This document shows positions 1 to 14,599 of a stretch of 64,000 nucleotides of DNA, piece by piece. Position 1 is the first letter of the stretch, and each line of letters opens with the position of its first letter. The translations under genes were made by a program, and so were the position numbers. The stretch is from Trichosphaerium sp. ATCC 40318. Its lineage: Eukaryota; Protista; Tubulinea. The notes below the pieces were generated by a model. The model ran no database searches and had not been told where the DNA came from. It worked only from the letters and a program-made list of their open reading frames with translations. The stretch covers positions 142,214-206,213 of the forward strand of contig JALMLS010000081.1 of assembly GCA_038496445.1 (NCBI GenBank). The letters run 5' to 3'.

Positions 1-126
1 CTGATGCCGTCATAATACAAATCCAGACAAAACAAAGCAAGTCACAATCCCCCAACAACAAACTACTTTTGAATTAACAAACTACACTGCCCTTTCACAT
101 TGCATCTCACTGACTCATTCACTCAG

Positions 127-1346
127 GCGGTTCTTCATGGAGTAATGGGAATGGAAATGGCGATTGGCAAACTTCCAAACCAAAGAAAAGGTAAGTAACC
201 TTCCATTCGCAGGCAGTAGCTTACGCCATCAATTGTAGAGGACGATTCGTTAGTGTTCACAGAAGGCCATCGGAAACGCCTCCACCAAAGCCAAAACCTG
301 CACCTGCACCTGCGCCTGTACCCCCTAGGAAAGAACCAACTCCGCCTGTGGAAGACAAGTCGGGTACAACAATCCTTTCTTACCTACCTTCAAAAAAAAG
401 TAACATTTATTTGCACATAGTGTCAAAGCGTTCAGCAAGATGCTCAGTTGACAAAAAGTACGGATTTGCTTTGCATCCCACTCATCTTATTTGTGTTTTT
501 TGTCTCATTGTGTTGTAGTGCCAGTGTCATTTATTGCAAGCTTTGTAAAGGCGCCATCATAGATCAGTATTTCACAGTAGGATCAAGAGATCAAACATGG
601 TACAAAATCACTAATCCCCTTATCATCATTGTGCGTTCTAAAGCCAATACCACTCGTAGGCATGTTAAGTGCTTCAATTGCACAGATTGTGGCAAGTTTT
701 TGGAAGGAGAAAGAGTCGCAGTCACCGAAGCTAAGGGCCTACAGTGCAGATCATGCGCCAAAAAACCAACGATTAAGTGTGCCACTTGTGGAGAGTTCAT
801 ATACGGCGTACACACTGAAGCAGTTGGCAAGATGTACCACCCAAAATGTTTCGTGTGTACGTCCTGCTCTAAGCAGCTCCAAGGCAATTTTCACCTTGTT
901 GGAAACGAACAACTGGTACGCACAATTAAACAATGCCATCGTGAAAGCGACAGTACACAACAGTGCTCGTTCTAAGTCGTTTCTTTCTAGCCACATTGTT
1001 TGGACTGTGGGCCTGGGGCAGCACGCGGTGGACGTACTGTTGGGGATTGCCTTACATGCTCTAAACCGGTCTCAGACGCAGGAAAATACTTAGAATTTGG
1101 GTACAGTGCCGCAGAACGCATCTTAGCGCATCGCTAATCTTTTTTGCCAAACTACAGAGATAAAGTTGTACATAGTGAGTGTTTTGTGTGTTATCAGTGT
1201 AAGAACAAACTCGATCCAAGCATGTTTTATATCGAGGGCAACAAGGTATGGAACCACAGTCACAAAATGACAATTTTCTTTTTTTAATGTAAATTACACG
1301 TGTTCACGTTTTTACGTCCACATAGTTGCGCTGCGCCAATTGTTAA
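127..1346 (+). CDS. LIM-domain protein (Pro-rich region plus 3 LIM domains), 5'-partial, spliced
   Basis: CxxC...HxxCFxCxxC motifs in joined exons (HVKCFNCTDC, HPKCFVCTSC, HSECFVCYQC); PPPKPKPAPAP region; GT-AG introns; stop TAA 1344-1346; gene probably starts upstream of the window. Confidence 0.85.
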
Positions 1347-1471
1347 TTAGAATGTCGACTGGCCACTTTTTTTTTACAGTGCGGGGGTCATTTCAAGTGT
1401 ACTTTATAATAATGGAAACTAAAAAAAAGCTGATTTTGGTTTACAACTACAGCTGTATGCTTTTTTTTTTT

Positions 1472-4111
1472 TCAGTTCACTTGGACTGCTTTCTTTTTTA
1501 GTTTAGCTGCCCGCCTAGAGCGTTCAACATCTTTGTATCTATTCCTGTAGTCTTTCACCTCCTTCTGAAGTGCAGGATCCAAGGTTTCCCAATGAGAATC
1601 CTTGAGAACGTGGTAGTAGTTACGCAGTATAAAGTCAAAGCTATCTTCGCGTAGAAATAAACTCTTGAACGCATCTGCCAGCGCTAGTGAAAAAATAAAC
1701 GTTAGACCACGACATACGCGGAACTGTACCAAAGAGTAACACAGCGTTCTCTACGCAAAGGTGTCCTAACAAGAACATTTCGCTGCGACGTCTGAGATTC
1801 TCAATCATGAACCTGCTGCTCAACTCGAAAACTTCTTGTGCTGTGCTCGCTATTATTTCCTATTTGATATCAACACAACCAGTAGTATTACAAAGCCGCC
1901 ACGTACACCCTTCAAGTTGGAAGAATACAAGTACTTCAGTACTCGCCTAAAGCCTTCAAAGCTGATATCCGGAAATGATATGTTGCCGTCCGTGCTCTCT
2001 TTCAACAATGAAGCGCCACAAAACATGGCCCTGCGCACGCATTAAAACCATAATTTAACAAAATCCTACGCACTTGAAGTAATCAGATCTAGCCTGCAAT
2101 ATAATACGGTGAGCGCTGATGGATCGGTTTCCAATAGTTATTGTAGCGTCTGAAAATTTTGATTCATTGATGAGCGCCTGCATCTCAGACGCGTACGTCG
2201 ATGCAGGTACGCGATCTACACGTATCACACTGATCGCTCGCTCCGAAAGTGCTTCTGTAGATTGGTTTTGAGTATGGAGAGTCGTTAGAGTGATAAGCTG
2301 TACCTAGTCTGTCCAGCTCAGCCCACTTGGCTAACTTTACCATATCTTCGAGGTACTTGTGATTACAGACAAACTTGTCAGCGTACAGGTATCGCAACAA
2401 CGTCTTCACTATAGAAAGCCTGTGTTCTGACAGATCGAGAACGTATGGTGCCCTAGTTGAATATGTGAGTGCGAGGTTACACCGCTTTTAAGAAAGGACA
2501 ATAAACATGTTCAAAACGTAGACACGTACTCCAGCTTTGAGATGATATCTCTAAATTTTGGCCAACGGCCCCATAATAATATACAGTGGGCGTTTAGCTC
2601 TTTGCCATCTACACAAAGTTAACGCAATTTGTAGCGAGGTGGCGTGGATGATTTGTGTGTACCTTGACACAATACTTTCAAATCGCTAAAATCCATCTTA
2701 TTTACGAGCACCTCAAATCCAACCTCGTCTTTCAAATACTGAGATCTCGCCATTCTCCGTAATTCTCTTGTGGCATAGAACAACGCAGTCTAACCAATCC
2801 GTTAATTGATTTTGTTGGGTTTTTTTTTGTTTTCCATTCAAAAAATGTAAAAACGTGTCACCTTGTCTTCAATGGTGTTCTTGATATCTATCACCGCAGG
2901 GAATCTATATAGGTTTAGCGAATATACACAAGGCGATTTTGTATCCTCATACTTGGCAGCGATCATTTTGAATATCTTCGTTTTATTTGACAAGATCGCA
3001 AGGTGGAGCGCACTGTTGCCTACAACGTCATTTACCTACATTATATGCAACACAAACTAATTGCAAAAAGGCATACCGTCTAAAGGTTCCTGTACAGAGG
3101 CATCGAGATCCTAGGTTGAATGATGAATACATAGAGCCAATGAAATACAAAGGGGGCGGTTGTTAAATTGTACCTCACGCTCTAGCAGCAACTCTACTAT
3201 GTCAGCATAACCAGATCTCGATACCATATGCAACGCAGTCTCGCCTACAAACAGTATACTTAACCATAGGTATTTAACAAGATGATCATTTCAATGCTAT
3301 TCTGTGAAAACTCTTGGTACCTTCTTCGTTCTTTAGGTTGACGTCACAATGTCCAACCTCTATTAGAAATCGGGCAATGTACTTATGATTCTTAATGCAG
3401 CATACATGTAATGGCGTGCCGTGTTTGCTGCTGTTGTGATTGACAGAGCCTACATTCGGGTGAGCCTCCAGTCAGGGAAAATTATGCGAAATGACACATT
3501 ACTGCTTGTAATGTATAAAAACGAATGAGGTGTGCTTACATCCATTCATGAGTAGCAGTTGAACAATATCTACCATGCCTCTAGCAGAGGCAATGTGCAT
3601 TGGCGATACAGTCCTAAAATTTGAGTTTGTAGACGAACGAGAGGGAGAAGGTAGTAGCACACCTGCAAATGATGGATGGATCAGCTCCAAAACGGAATAA
3701 CTCTTCGACGATTTCGCCCTCACTACGCAACACTGCCAAGTGCAGTGGTGTTAATCCGCGGCACCTGAGATGAATGAGTACACATGACGCAAAAACTGTT
3801 AAAAAAAGCAAGAGTGTAACGCACACAATGTTTGGATCAGCGCCAGCGTTCAATAAAAACGGAACAATGTAGTTATAGCGTCTAAAAATCGCCTTGGGTA
3901 GATTTTAGCGAAAAGGTGTTACAATAACGCATCGAAATTGTGTCTTTACGCTTATTACGCTTACCAAATACAAGGGAGTGTATCCTTGCTGTTTTTCATT
4001 AATGTTATCTTGTAAATTGGGTGCCGTCCTCAAATACTCCAAGGAGCCAGTCTCAACATGAGCGTGAATGCCTCTAAACTCTTTATAGGTCTGTGGGTGG
4101 CGTGCTGTCAT
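1472..4111 (-). CDS. Ankyrin-repeat plus BTB/POZ domain protein, spliced
   Basis: Ankyrin motifs GYTPLY, GLTPLHLAV, SPMHIASARG, GNSALHLA; BTB-like segments LLRYLYAD and RAMFCG..LKES...FPDISFEGFRRVLKYLYS. Confidence 0.85.
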
Positions 4112-4424
4112 TGTTGCGGAGATTTACACTCAGACTGGGTTTCTACACTTGAACGCGCTTCTACAGGCGTATTTCCGCGTTGCACGTTATTACGGTTGTA
4201 AGTGTAATTTGTACAAACCTTCAAAAAGGGTCAGACCTGTCTTGACTCAACTCAAAGCACTGCATTCCACATCACACAGATCAGGCCGTTTTAGAAACTC
4301 TGCGCTAGTTTCGTAGGCGACGCCATAAGAGGCAGAATTTCATAACGTTTCTTGATTATTATCTATTTTTCCTTCAAGAGTTTAAACCAACCTTATCGCT
4401 CGGAGTATTCACATTGCGTACGCA

Positions 4425-6762
4425 ATGTCAAACGGTCAGGTACAAGTTCCGGTTTATTGTTTTCCGTGTACTTGGCTCACAGCATACCACAATAGGCAGA
4501 AGTACTCGTGTACCTCGCTAACTCTTTCCCTTTTAAATATGAGACAGTTGTGATCAAAGAGAGACAAACCGCCAACGCACTCAAGTTTGCGGTGTGTAAG
4601 AAGTACGTAGACGTTACAAAGACGTGTTGGCGTGTTTCGTGCGATCAAATGTCACATTTTTGAATTATATTATGATTATGTGTAAACCTGGTGACTAACC
4701 AACCGTTACTACGCCAACGCGCCCCTTATATACGTCACGTGCTAACTCGATTTTTTTTTCCTTTTTAAAGACAAGGCATCACCACACGCTTCGACGACTA
4801 CAGTAAGTCATTTTTTACTTATTACTCACCTGTCCTACTACCCGCCACCACTGCCAACCAAAAATCTGACACTTATTTTTATCACGCAGGTATTTACTGG
4901 TTGCATAACAACACAAAAGTAAAAGAACTCCCTGAAAAACCGTATGCATTGCACGTTAAATGGGGGGAGAAGAGCGGAGCAAAAAACAAATTTCTGTTTT
5001 TGAACGTAGAAAAACAGCAAGACTTCAAAAAGACGCTCAAAGCAGCACGTATAGAACAATCTACTGAGCGAGGCGATCCCATTGGAGATACTATAAAATT
5101 TCTTACAGCCCATGCACTTGAGGAAGTAGGTCTGTTCAGGGTGTCAGGCAGTCAACGCAGAATTAGAGAAATTGTAACTCTCTATGAACAAGGTGGCACT
5201 GTACGTTTTAGCAATTTAGCCCATTTGTCACAACTATTTGTTATAAATATACCTAACAGGCTCATTTAAGGTGACACCCGATATGTACGGAGGGACACAC
5301 AATGCTGCAGGTATTTTGAAACTTTGGCTGCGCGAGCAAGACATTCTCATCCCGCCAGACTTCACACAACGCCTCAATGACATTGGTAGTACGTATTTAT
5401 ATGAAAAAACCAAATAATTATATATGGAGCCAGTCGCTTATACCGCGTTCTAGCCAATGAAAGTGATGAAGAGAAATGCGCAGACGGCATTTCAGAAGTA
5501 TTCAAAACAATTAGCAAGGAGCGCATAGCCAATCTTCACAAACTCTGCTTGTTTCTAGAAAAATTAGCTCAAGGCTCAGCAATTAACAAGATGGATGCTG
5601 GCGTACGTGCATACTTTTACGTCCTTTTTTTTTTTTTTTGACATTCGAAAAAAAAAACACGTGCTTTTTACAAAAAAAACGTGTATTGCCCATTAATCCA
5701 TGACTTGTAGAACTTGTCAATTATCTTTTGCCCGATATTTGATATATCGGCACCTGTATTCACAACAATGATAAACCAGCTGTCAAGGATATTCACACCA
5801 CTCATATCCTCAAGTCCAGCCGAACCAAAGCAAACCACAACCATAAATACGCGAACGCCATCAATTGACGCTTCACCTGCCCTACGCACAGCAGCGGAGA
5901 CAGCACGCATCATGAACGAGGCTCCTGCAAAAGCACCACCGTTCAAGCCCGCGCCATTCAACGCACCGCCTAAAGTGCCACCAAAGTCCGCACGACCTGT
6001 CAATACTTTCCCCAAGAGATCATTTGTGCCACAAGTACAACAAAGACAACAACAACAGAAGCCGGCTCCACTGGTTTGAACCCTTTATTTCGTGATTTAA
6101 CAGTCTAACGCAACCCCTTTTTAGAAGGCGATCAATCCTCGCACCTTTACAGACAATGCGAGTGTGGCATCAGAAGAATCAGATACAGACACAGATCCTT
6201 TCCAGATGATAGAGGGATTGCAGTCTGAGTTTGCCGAGTTGGAGGTAAATAACCATAGTGGATCCACTCTGGAGCTTTTTTTTTTGTACCTTTTCTGACA
6301 CCTCCTTAGGCACATATTGCAAATATTACTTTTGATGACGGAGATGATGAATTAGATGATGTTGTGGACACTGCCATAGAGGAGAACTTATTCACATCAG
6401 TGGATGATTTAGTGAGCACGCCATTTTCACTTCCATCCAAACCTGTGGCATCGAGGAGACCTCTAGCAGCCAGTGAACCTATTCCAGATACGCCTGATGG
6501 TGCATCCAGAAAGGCTCTGAGTTCATCAGCGGCTGAACCATACACAGGAGCAAGGGCACTACCTAGGACGCCTAAAGCAGCTAGACCAAAGAGCTTTTCC
6601 GCGTTTAAAAAATTACCTCCTAAGAAGTTTGGCACTGGCAGAGGCAAATTTCGCATACAGGGTAAAGGCAAATTTGGTGTGAGAGGCAAATTTGGCGGGA
6701 GAGGCAAGGGTAGAGGCCGAGGTAGAGGCAACTTTGGGCCAAAGAGAGCTCCATTCCGCTAG
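4425..6762 (+). CDS. RhoGAP-domain protein with Pro-rich, acidic and RG-rich tail, spliced
   Basis: EVGLFRVSGS (arginine finger), AGILKLWLRE, NKMDAG/NLSIIFCP; start codon inferred from exon joining. Confidence 0.85.
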
Positions 6763-6946
6763 CCACGTAAGAATGAAAAAAAAACAATGATGGCAATTCA
6801 CCTGTAAAATAGATTGACTGTGATTTTTCTCAGAGAAAAAGTTGTTGTTGCATTATTCTTTTTTTTTTCACAGGGCTTATTTATTAAATGACAAAATACA
6901 ATTCTTTTTTGGTATCATCAAAGTATGTATGCGTACAACAACAAAA

Positions 6947-9900
6947 TTAATCATTGATGCCGGGTAACTTGGTATTAGAAGGCAAACCTCTATCTGGCTT
7001 GAACACAGTAGTTCTAGGTACCATGGTGATGCAATCAGGTATTGGGCAAACAGAGACACATAACTAGGGCAAGTATTGTGAGTACGCCAAATCACAAAAA
7101 CCAACAAAAGACAAGAAAATAAAACAACGTACAGTACAACCGGTACAGTCGTCTGTGATCTCTGGGAGATGTGTTTCAGCGTCGAACTAGATAACTCCGT
7201 TAGCACGTATTATTAAATGATCTAGTGGGCTCATCGCACCTTGATGGCCTGGTAGCCAGAGTCGTTACATGTCATGTAGCACTTGCCGCAGTTAATACAC
7301 ATCTCAGAGTCTACGATAGCTACAGCCTGTTGTTTGTTGTCTAAATCTGTGTACTTTCCGATCCTATCAAGTGCAGCGCCCTATGCCGCGTGTGAGTTAC
7401 GCTACAAATAGTTTATCGAGTACTCTAATGTCCTCAATTGATGGGATCTCCTTCTGTTCTGGTTCTCGTGGTTTTGGCGCTGTTTCGAGTAGATCTGTCT
7501 TGGCAGCCCATTGCTTCAATGCATCGCGGCGTTGTTGCTCATAGTGACCAAATCGAGGTAATCCTTTACCAATTTCGTTCAAAACAGTCTTCATGCGACT
7601 GGCTGGAGGGCTGATGTGGAGAAATAGGTTAGATTACACTGTTTGTACACGAGTAGTGTGCATAACACAAAAATAAAGTAGCGCACCTTTGGTAATCCCA
7701 ATCAGCTAGATCCTTACGAGATTGCATGTACAAGCACGCCTTTAATCCAGTGATGTAATCTAGGATTAGTTAGAAAGAATGTTGCACAAATAGGATGCGC
7801 GATGGTGACGAACCTTCAATCACTGTAAAATCTTGATTCTGTACGCTAGAGCATATTTGTACAACACCAGCACCTGCAAAGAAGAATTGCATGGCTACTT
7901 CAGCGCTATCGATACCGCCAACGCCCATAATTGGGTATCCTGGGAATTTGTTACCAACAGCGGACACCTGCAAACAAAAATGAACAACACTTGTCAGACC
8001 CACTATTGTTAAAAAGTACCATCTTTAGCGCAACAGGTCGAGTTGCGTTTCCAGAGACACCACCGTATGTGGTTTTCTTCTCTTTACCAACTGCTGGCCA
8101 AGCCGCTGAGTTCGAGGACAGTCCCATCAATCCTGAGATTGTGTTGATGGCAGTCACACCTGTAGCGCCTCCCTTCTTTGCTGCATCAGCAATGACGGTC
8201 ACATCAGTAACATTTGGAGTCAACTTGGCAAACACTGGAATATCAACAACTTCAGTGACCCACTTGCTGATGTTCTCTACGAACACGGCATTTTGACCGC
8301 ATGCGATACCCATGCCTCTCTCTCCCATACCGTGTGGGCATGACAAGTTGAGTTCTAGAGCATCAGAACCTGCACGGGCTGCCATTACAGCGAGCTCTTG
8401 CCAATCCTCTTTAATATAACCGCACATAATACTACCGACAATAATATGTTCTGGGAAGTCTTTCTTTAGCTCTTGTATGCCCTTGCACCAGTAAGTTGCT
8501 GTCTTTTCAGAAATGAGCTCAATATTCAAGAAGGATGATTGTCCAGGTCCATAGTGGTAATTACTGGTTGTACCACGCACGATACGTGGCGATACGTTGG
8601 TAACAACATCTTTTGCGAGACTGAAAGTCTTTGTTACGGCAAATCCCCAACCTGCTTCGAATGCCCTACATTTCATGTTTAGTACATATTCACCACCAGA
8701 AGGGAAACAAAATAAATACGTACCTTCTAAGCATAGGCGCAGAAGTACATGGCGTTGCAGAAGCGAGACCAAATGGATTGATGAACTTGAGGCCTGCAAA
8801 TTCGACGGAAATGTCAACCTCGTCAATAGGTGTACAAAAGTTTGGCAATTGTGGTTTGGCTACGAGCTCAGCTGATAGTGGAATACCGTGTGACTCTTGT
8901 AAGTACTTGTGCATATACCAAGCGGCTTGTTTACCATCATTGGTTGCTTCAACAGTGGTTCCGTGACCCTTTTGAAATACAGTGAGTATAGATATGGACA
9001 ATCTAATAATAACGCAAAGTGTTCTTTATACGCACGATTAAATCACCGCCACAGAACAACCACTCGGCTGCCTTACTCTGACCTGTTTCGCGATCTACAT
9101 CAGCGCATCCCCACTTGTCGAGGGTCAATGGTGCAACAGATTTTAAGTCGTCTACTTTAGATCCAAAAGCGGAAATAATGTGATCGCCTGAGAACATCGT
9201 ATAAGCAATAATCAAACAAGCAAGCCCAAGATACGTACATTTGACGCGAATGAAAGAGTCTTCATCATTGTAATACAGGCCATCGTCACCCTTTTCTCTC
9301 TTGTAAAACTCAATGGCAACTACCTTGCCTTCCTTCATCACAACCTTCTTTGGGTTGCAGTATGGCATAAACTCGCACTTTTCAATCCTGACAAGGTCCA
9401 CTTCCTCTTCAACAGCCTAGCAAACATTTTATTAAAACGACGTGATTTGACGTGATTAGCAAAAACCACATGAAACTTACTCTCATTTCAGGTGTTGCTC
9501 GTCTAAAAGCGACGTATACACGCTTGGAACCACAACGCAATGCTGATGTGGCGCAATCCATAGCTGTGTCACCAGCACCCAATACAACTGTTCGTCCTTT
9601 CAATTCCATGAGTTGTGACTGAGGGAGGGCGAACAACGATTAGATATAAAACAACATTACCAATATGTCACTACTTACCTTGCATCCGCACATGCCTGGC
9701 TTTGATGCTTTAGATACCAATGGCAAAAATTCCTTGCTTGTCCAGAAGCCATTCTCAGATTTTAGTCCTTTAAACACATCCGAAATTTTTGGCTAAAAAT
9801 TGAGAAACAGGTGAGTATTGGTGCTAAACAACGACATTGTAAAACGTACATCTGGCATACCAATACCCATAAATACGGCGTCATTGTCTTTCTTTAAACC

Positions 9901-11177
9901 ATCAAGTGTAAAGTCTTTACCAAGTGCTTTACCATGCTCAACCTATTAAACCACCAAAATTCAGTACTTCGCTTTTTTTTTCTTTTTTTCTTCTCGAAAA
10001 TTTACCTTGACGCCAAGATCCTTCATCAATTTTACTTCAAAATCGACAACGTCGTATGGCAGACGAAACTGAGGGATTTCAGTGGAACTCAAACCACCAG
10101 GGAACTCATTACGCTCGTAAATCGTAACATTTTGATATCCCAAACGAGCCTTCAAACAACTTTTAGCAAATCGTACATTTGAAGTGTTAATGACGTACGA
10201 GAAAGGTAGCGCAACTGATAGATGCTGGTCCACATCTATTTCGAAGAGTATCAATAATGGAAAGAATGCTCAATAAGCGGACAAAAAAGCAATTTAAAAA
10301 AAACTGTACCCTACTAAAGCGACCTTGGCTTTATAGCTTGGTGGTAACTCAGAGAGTTTTGGTAACGACGAATCGCGTATTTGTGGTACACCCATTTTTT
10401 TAAAGATTTCTGTTGCGAATTGCTGCAAACCGCCGATATTAATAGCACCTTAACGTTAAGCGTTAATCAAAGGAAACGAAATGGTTTTTCAATCATTTTA
10501 AGCAAAAATGGCTTTTGTACCTTCTTCCGTTGCAGCGAGATTACAACCGCCAACGCAAAGGTCCGAGGTAGGGCATACCATACCGCAAGTCAAACCAAGA
10601 GGGTTATCAGAGAAAATCTTTTTCGCGGCACCGTAGTAATTTCTAGTGCTTATAGACGAGATGAACGCTTTAATATCAAGTTGCGTTGGGCACGAGCTTT
10701 GGCAAGGCGCATCAGCGCATCTGTGTAAAGCGATAAATACACGACATACTAACAAACACGCAAGTTAACGCATTGATGTAAAATAAGCGTACTTTAAACA
10801 ACGAGCTGATTCAAACAAAGCACCACGCTCTGTTAGCGTTGTTGGTTTAATGTCCGTAAAGTCGCGATGCTTAGCGCAACCCTAGAGCAAGTTACACAAA
10901 ACAGTTAGGAAAGGTATCGTTAAACACACCGATTCACACTCAACATTTCGCTTCCAGTGCTCCTTGGCCTTAGAGGTTGCGTCGGTTGACTTGAAGTTAG
11001 CGTATGATTTAACTACAAGGCGTTAAAACTAGACCTTTAACAAATGGAAACCTTTGGGGTGAAGTGCTAGTATCTACAAAGCGTATGAGAATAGTAACAA
11101 ACCAGAAGCGTTAATTTGGCAGGTATTGTACGCACCTCAATATCAGCTACTTGGGACACTTGCTTTAGCTTTGACAT
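6947..11177 (-). CDS. DPYD: Dihydropyrimidine dehydrogenase (NADP+), many introns
   Basis: [91 protein letters not shown]-terminal ferredoxin CINCGKC and CTGCTLCVSVCP. Confidence 0.97.
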
Positions 11178-11447
11178 GTTGAAGGGCGTGTAAAGCTGAA
11201 TGCGTCTAAATTAATTGGTTGGCCTACTTTTCAATTTCTGGCTTAACCTCTTCTCGAAAAACCTAACCCTGGAATTCCCTGGCAGCAATGGGCTTATCAC
11301 CATTTTACCCAAACTCAAACCAACGTACGCAATACTTCTCCTGATTGATTACCACTTCGTTTACGACTTTTTTAATCTAATTTCTTCAATAATTACACTA
11401 TTTACTACACCAATCGCTAAAGTACTTTTTAGTAGAGAGAATAAACA

Positions 11448-12523
11448 ATGGCTGATCTACCATCAAATTTTAAACCTGGTAAGTTTGCAAGAAAGCAGAA
11501 AGTACCGAAACCTGAACTAACCTCAGTTTAAGGCGACTGGATGTGCCCTAACTGCAACGCCCATAACTTCCGTTCTCGCTCTCAATGTATGAAGTGTAAC
11601 GCCGAAGGCGGTAGCGGTGGCGGCGGTAGATCACAGCGTAGAGATTACGACGACAACCGCGGTTACGACCGAAGAGGTGGTCGCGATAGATACGACGACA
11701 GAGGCGACCGTGGCGGCAGATTTTGTACGTAAACAACCCACAAAGCAGCGGAACGCCATTTTTACGTCTGCATTCGATAAACACGCAACAAAAAAACCGT
11801 ATTGGTTTTTATTCTTTGGATTTTATTGATTATTTTATCTTGTTCTCACCCTCTTTTCCAGCCCGTGACGATCGTGGTCGCGATTACTCTCGATCACCAC
11901 CTCGTGGCCGTACACCTCCAAACTTCAAACCTGGAGATTGGATGTGCGACGAGTGCGACGCACACAACTTCTCTCGCCGTGACACGTGCATGCGCTGCTC
12001 CAAGGATCGTCCTGCAGGCGGTGGTGGTGGTAGCAGCTACGGCGGTAGCAGATACGGTGGTGGTCGCGATGGCGGATACAGTGGTGGTCGCAGCGGTGGC
12101 TTTGACCGCCCTGACAACTTCAAGCCAGGCGATTGGATGTGTCCAAACTGCAACGCCCATAACTTCCGTTCTCGCTCTCAGTGCATGAAGTGCGCAACCT
12201 CTAAGGACGAAGCAGGTGGTTTCGATGATGATCCAAGAGGCGGTGGTGGACGCAACGACCGTGGTAATGACCGTGGTAGCTACGGTGGCGGTCGCGGTGA
12301 CCTCCCACCTAACTTCAAGCCTGGAGACTGGATGTGCGACGAGTGCAGCTTCCATAACTTTAGATCAAACACTGAGTGCAAGAGGTGTGGTGCTAGTGCC
12401 CCTGGTGAAGGTTCTCCACGCGGTAGCAAGCGTTCAGGTGACTATGAAGACAATCGCGATAACAAGAGAAAAAGATTCAACCGCGATGATGACTCCGAAG
12501 AAGGCGATGACAGAAGAAGATGA
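11448..12523 (+). CDS. RanBP2-type zinc finger (x4) RGG-rich RNA-binding protein
   Basis: Four FKPGDWMCxxCxxHNFxxxxxCxxC units separated by RGG/RD-rich linkers; ATG 11448, intron after NFKP. Confidence 0.92.
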
Positions 12524-12964
12524 ATATTTTCGAATACGCAATAAGCGCTGAGCACAGGCCAAAAAAAAAAGTACAAAGAACAAATTTTTATGGTGGTGTG
12601 GTAGTAAATTTCAAGTACCGATATAAGGGTTACAAAAAACGAACGGGTGTCGGTTGGAATTTAATGTGAGGGGTTGAGGCGTTGTGAAAAAAAAGATTGT
12701 GTGGGACGTTTTTGTCATAAAAAAACGAACAAATATGTGCGAACCGACCGATTGATGGCGGGGGGTTATAGGGCAAGTGTGGCTCAAGAAATAATGCCAC
12801 AAGTTTGCGGTGTAATAGGAACAAATCCTCTTGTCAAAAAAAAAGCTCTCGTTCTTTATACATCGAGCAGTAAAAGCAATCCTTTCTTTTCCATGTTTAT
12901 GTATGTTTTTATCTCCCGTTTATTGTTGTTGTATTTACAAGTGGGTATTGCGCGGATGGCAGTA

Positions 12965-14240
12965 CTAGTCCCAGTTGGCTCCCCACTGTATTTTTTCTTC
13001 TTGTGGTTCTGGCTGTGGCTCTGGAGTCGGTTCTACTGCCTGCGGTTGAATGCTCGGGGTTACTGGTTCGTCAGCATCCTCGCTGTATTTGGTGCTGACA
13101 GTTCTCCTGCAATTGCGTTAGATAGCAGAACAAAGTGCAACAACTCATTACCTTGGAGGAGCCTGATTAAAGGATGAGCCCCAAGTCTCGCGCTCTGGCT
13201 GGAAGGTGTCCTTGGTGTCGACAGTATTTACTTCTCCATCGCGTGTCAAAAGTTGCTAGAAAGATTATGAGATTACATTCCTAAACAACGTCCGAATGCG
13301 CACCTCTCTGACCATGGTTTTTTTCGGTTCTTTTGTTGATTTGGCACACATTTGTCTTGTGTGAGGCCAAACGAATAAGACCTGGTTCAGGCGTTAACAA
13401 AAAAACAAGGCCTAACAGAAAATAGGATTGTTTCGTACCCAAAACAGGCATGCAAAACAGTCAATAGTGCACGTTATGATGTACATATTATACCTGCATG
13501 TCCAGTCCGGATATTTTTTAGAGAGCGTAGTCTAAAGGAGCCGATTGAGAAGGGGAGATAAAAGGAACAACAAAATGCGACTACAATATTACCTGGCAGT
13601 GGGACTTTGCTGTACTTACAGCTGTCACATCAAATGCAGCAGAAGCGCCATATCCTGTAGCGATGAGCAAGGACGCCAAAATTATCTTGCGAGATGGTTT
13701 AGCAAACAACGTTTGATCAAAACGGCAAGGACCACACTTACAATAACCCCAAATGTTTTGTTGTTTTTAATGACAGACCAGTAAATACTACTGGCGGCTA
13801 TTATAGTCGCAGCTACTGCTGTGCACGTGCGCAGTGCTATATTCTTAACAGGCCACGTACATCGCAGTGATCCAAATCCTTTGTTTGCTAACACGGCTGA
13901 GTTAGCAGTGATAATACCGTTAACATCGATTTTGTTTGGTTACATTGGAGCTGTGTTGGTTGCGCATTCGATTGACACTCAATTTTGTACTAATTAATTT
14001 GGCGTCAGCGCTGGCGTATGGGTTTTGCGTACCGTATGCTGATTTACCGTAAGGTCTTGATTTTCTGGGAGAATTTGATTTTAAAATGTAAATTAAAGCA
14101 ATTAATAATCGCTACCTGGAATCTGCATGCCACTAAAGACAAGCGACGTGACGGATATCGCCTTGTTTGAAGTTAGAATTATCCGGTGGTCGTCAAATAT
14201 TACGTACGAGTACCACTAAGTGAAATAGTGCCGATATAAC
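12965..14240 (-). CDS. Small multi-pass membrane protein of unknown function, spliced; 5' end uncertain
   Basis: Joined exons give hydrophobic helices (WAVISALFHLVVLAISVTSLVF, IILASLLIATGYGASAAFD, YIITCTIDCFACLFWVLFVW) and an acidic tail ending IQWGANWD*. Confidence 0.55.
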
Positions 14241-14599
14241 GGCCCATCTATTCATTAGGTGAGAGCTTGTAAAAAATGAGAGTCAATGTTCTTCTAGCAC
14301 AGTTTGTTAGCCTTTGTGATGATCTACTGAGTGCTGCTTCGTACGTGGCACAATAAATATGCTCGTTGGCGCTATTAGGGTAATCGTTGTTTGTCAGTAC
14401 ATTATTAACAAATATAAAGCTACCAGGCGCGCTGAAAGCGTAGCGGTAATACGTCAATGGTACTAATCACACTTTACAACTTATTTTGTGTAATTCAGCT
14501 ACAAGCACACATACACGCCACACAACGCGTTTAAAACTACAAAGCAAGCGTACAAATAGGTCAGTGTCAAATACACTCGCGAAATACTTTCCACAAGAC

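Noticed and set aside
11802-12551. Alternative-frame and antisense ORFs over the ZnF gene
   Set aside because: By-products of GC-rich, low-complexity RGG codons
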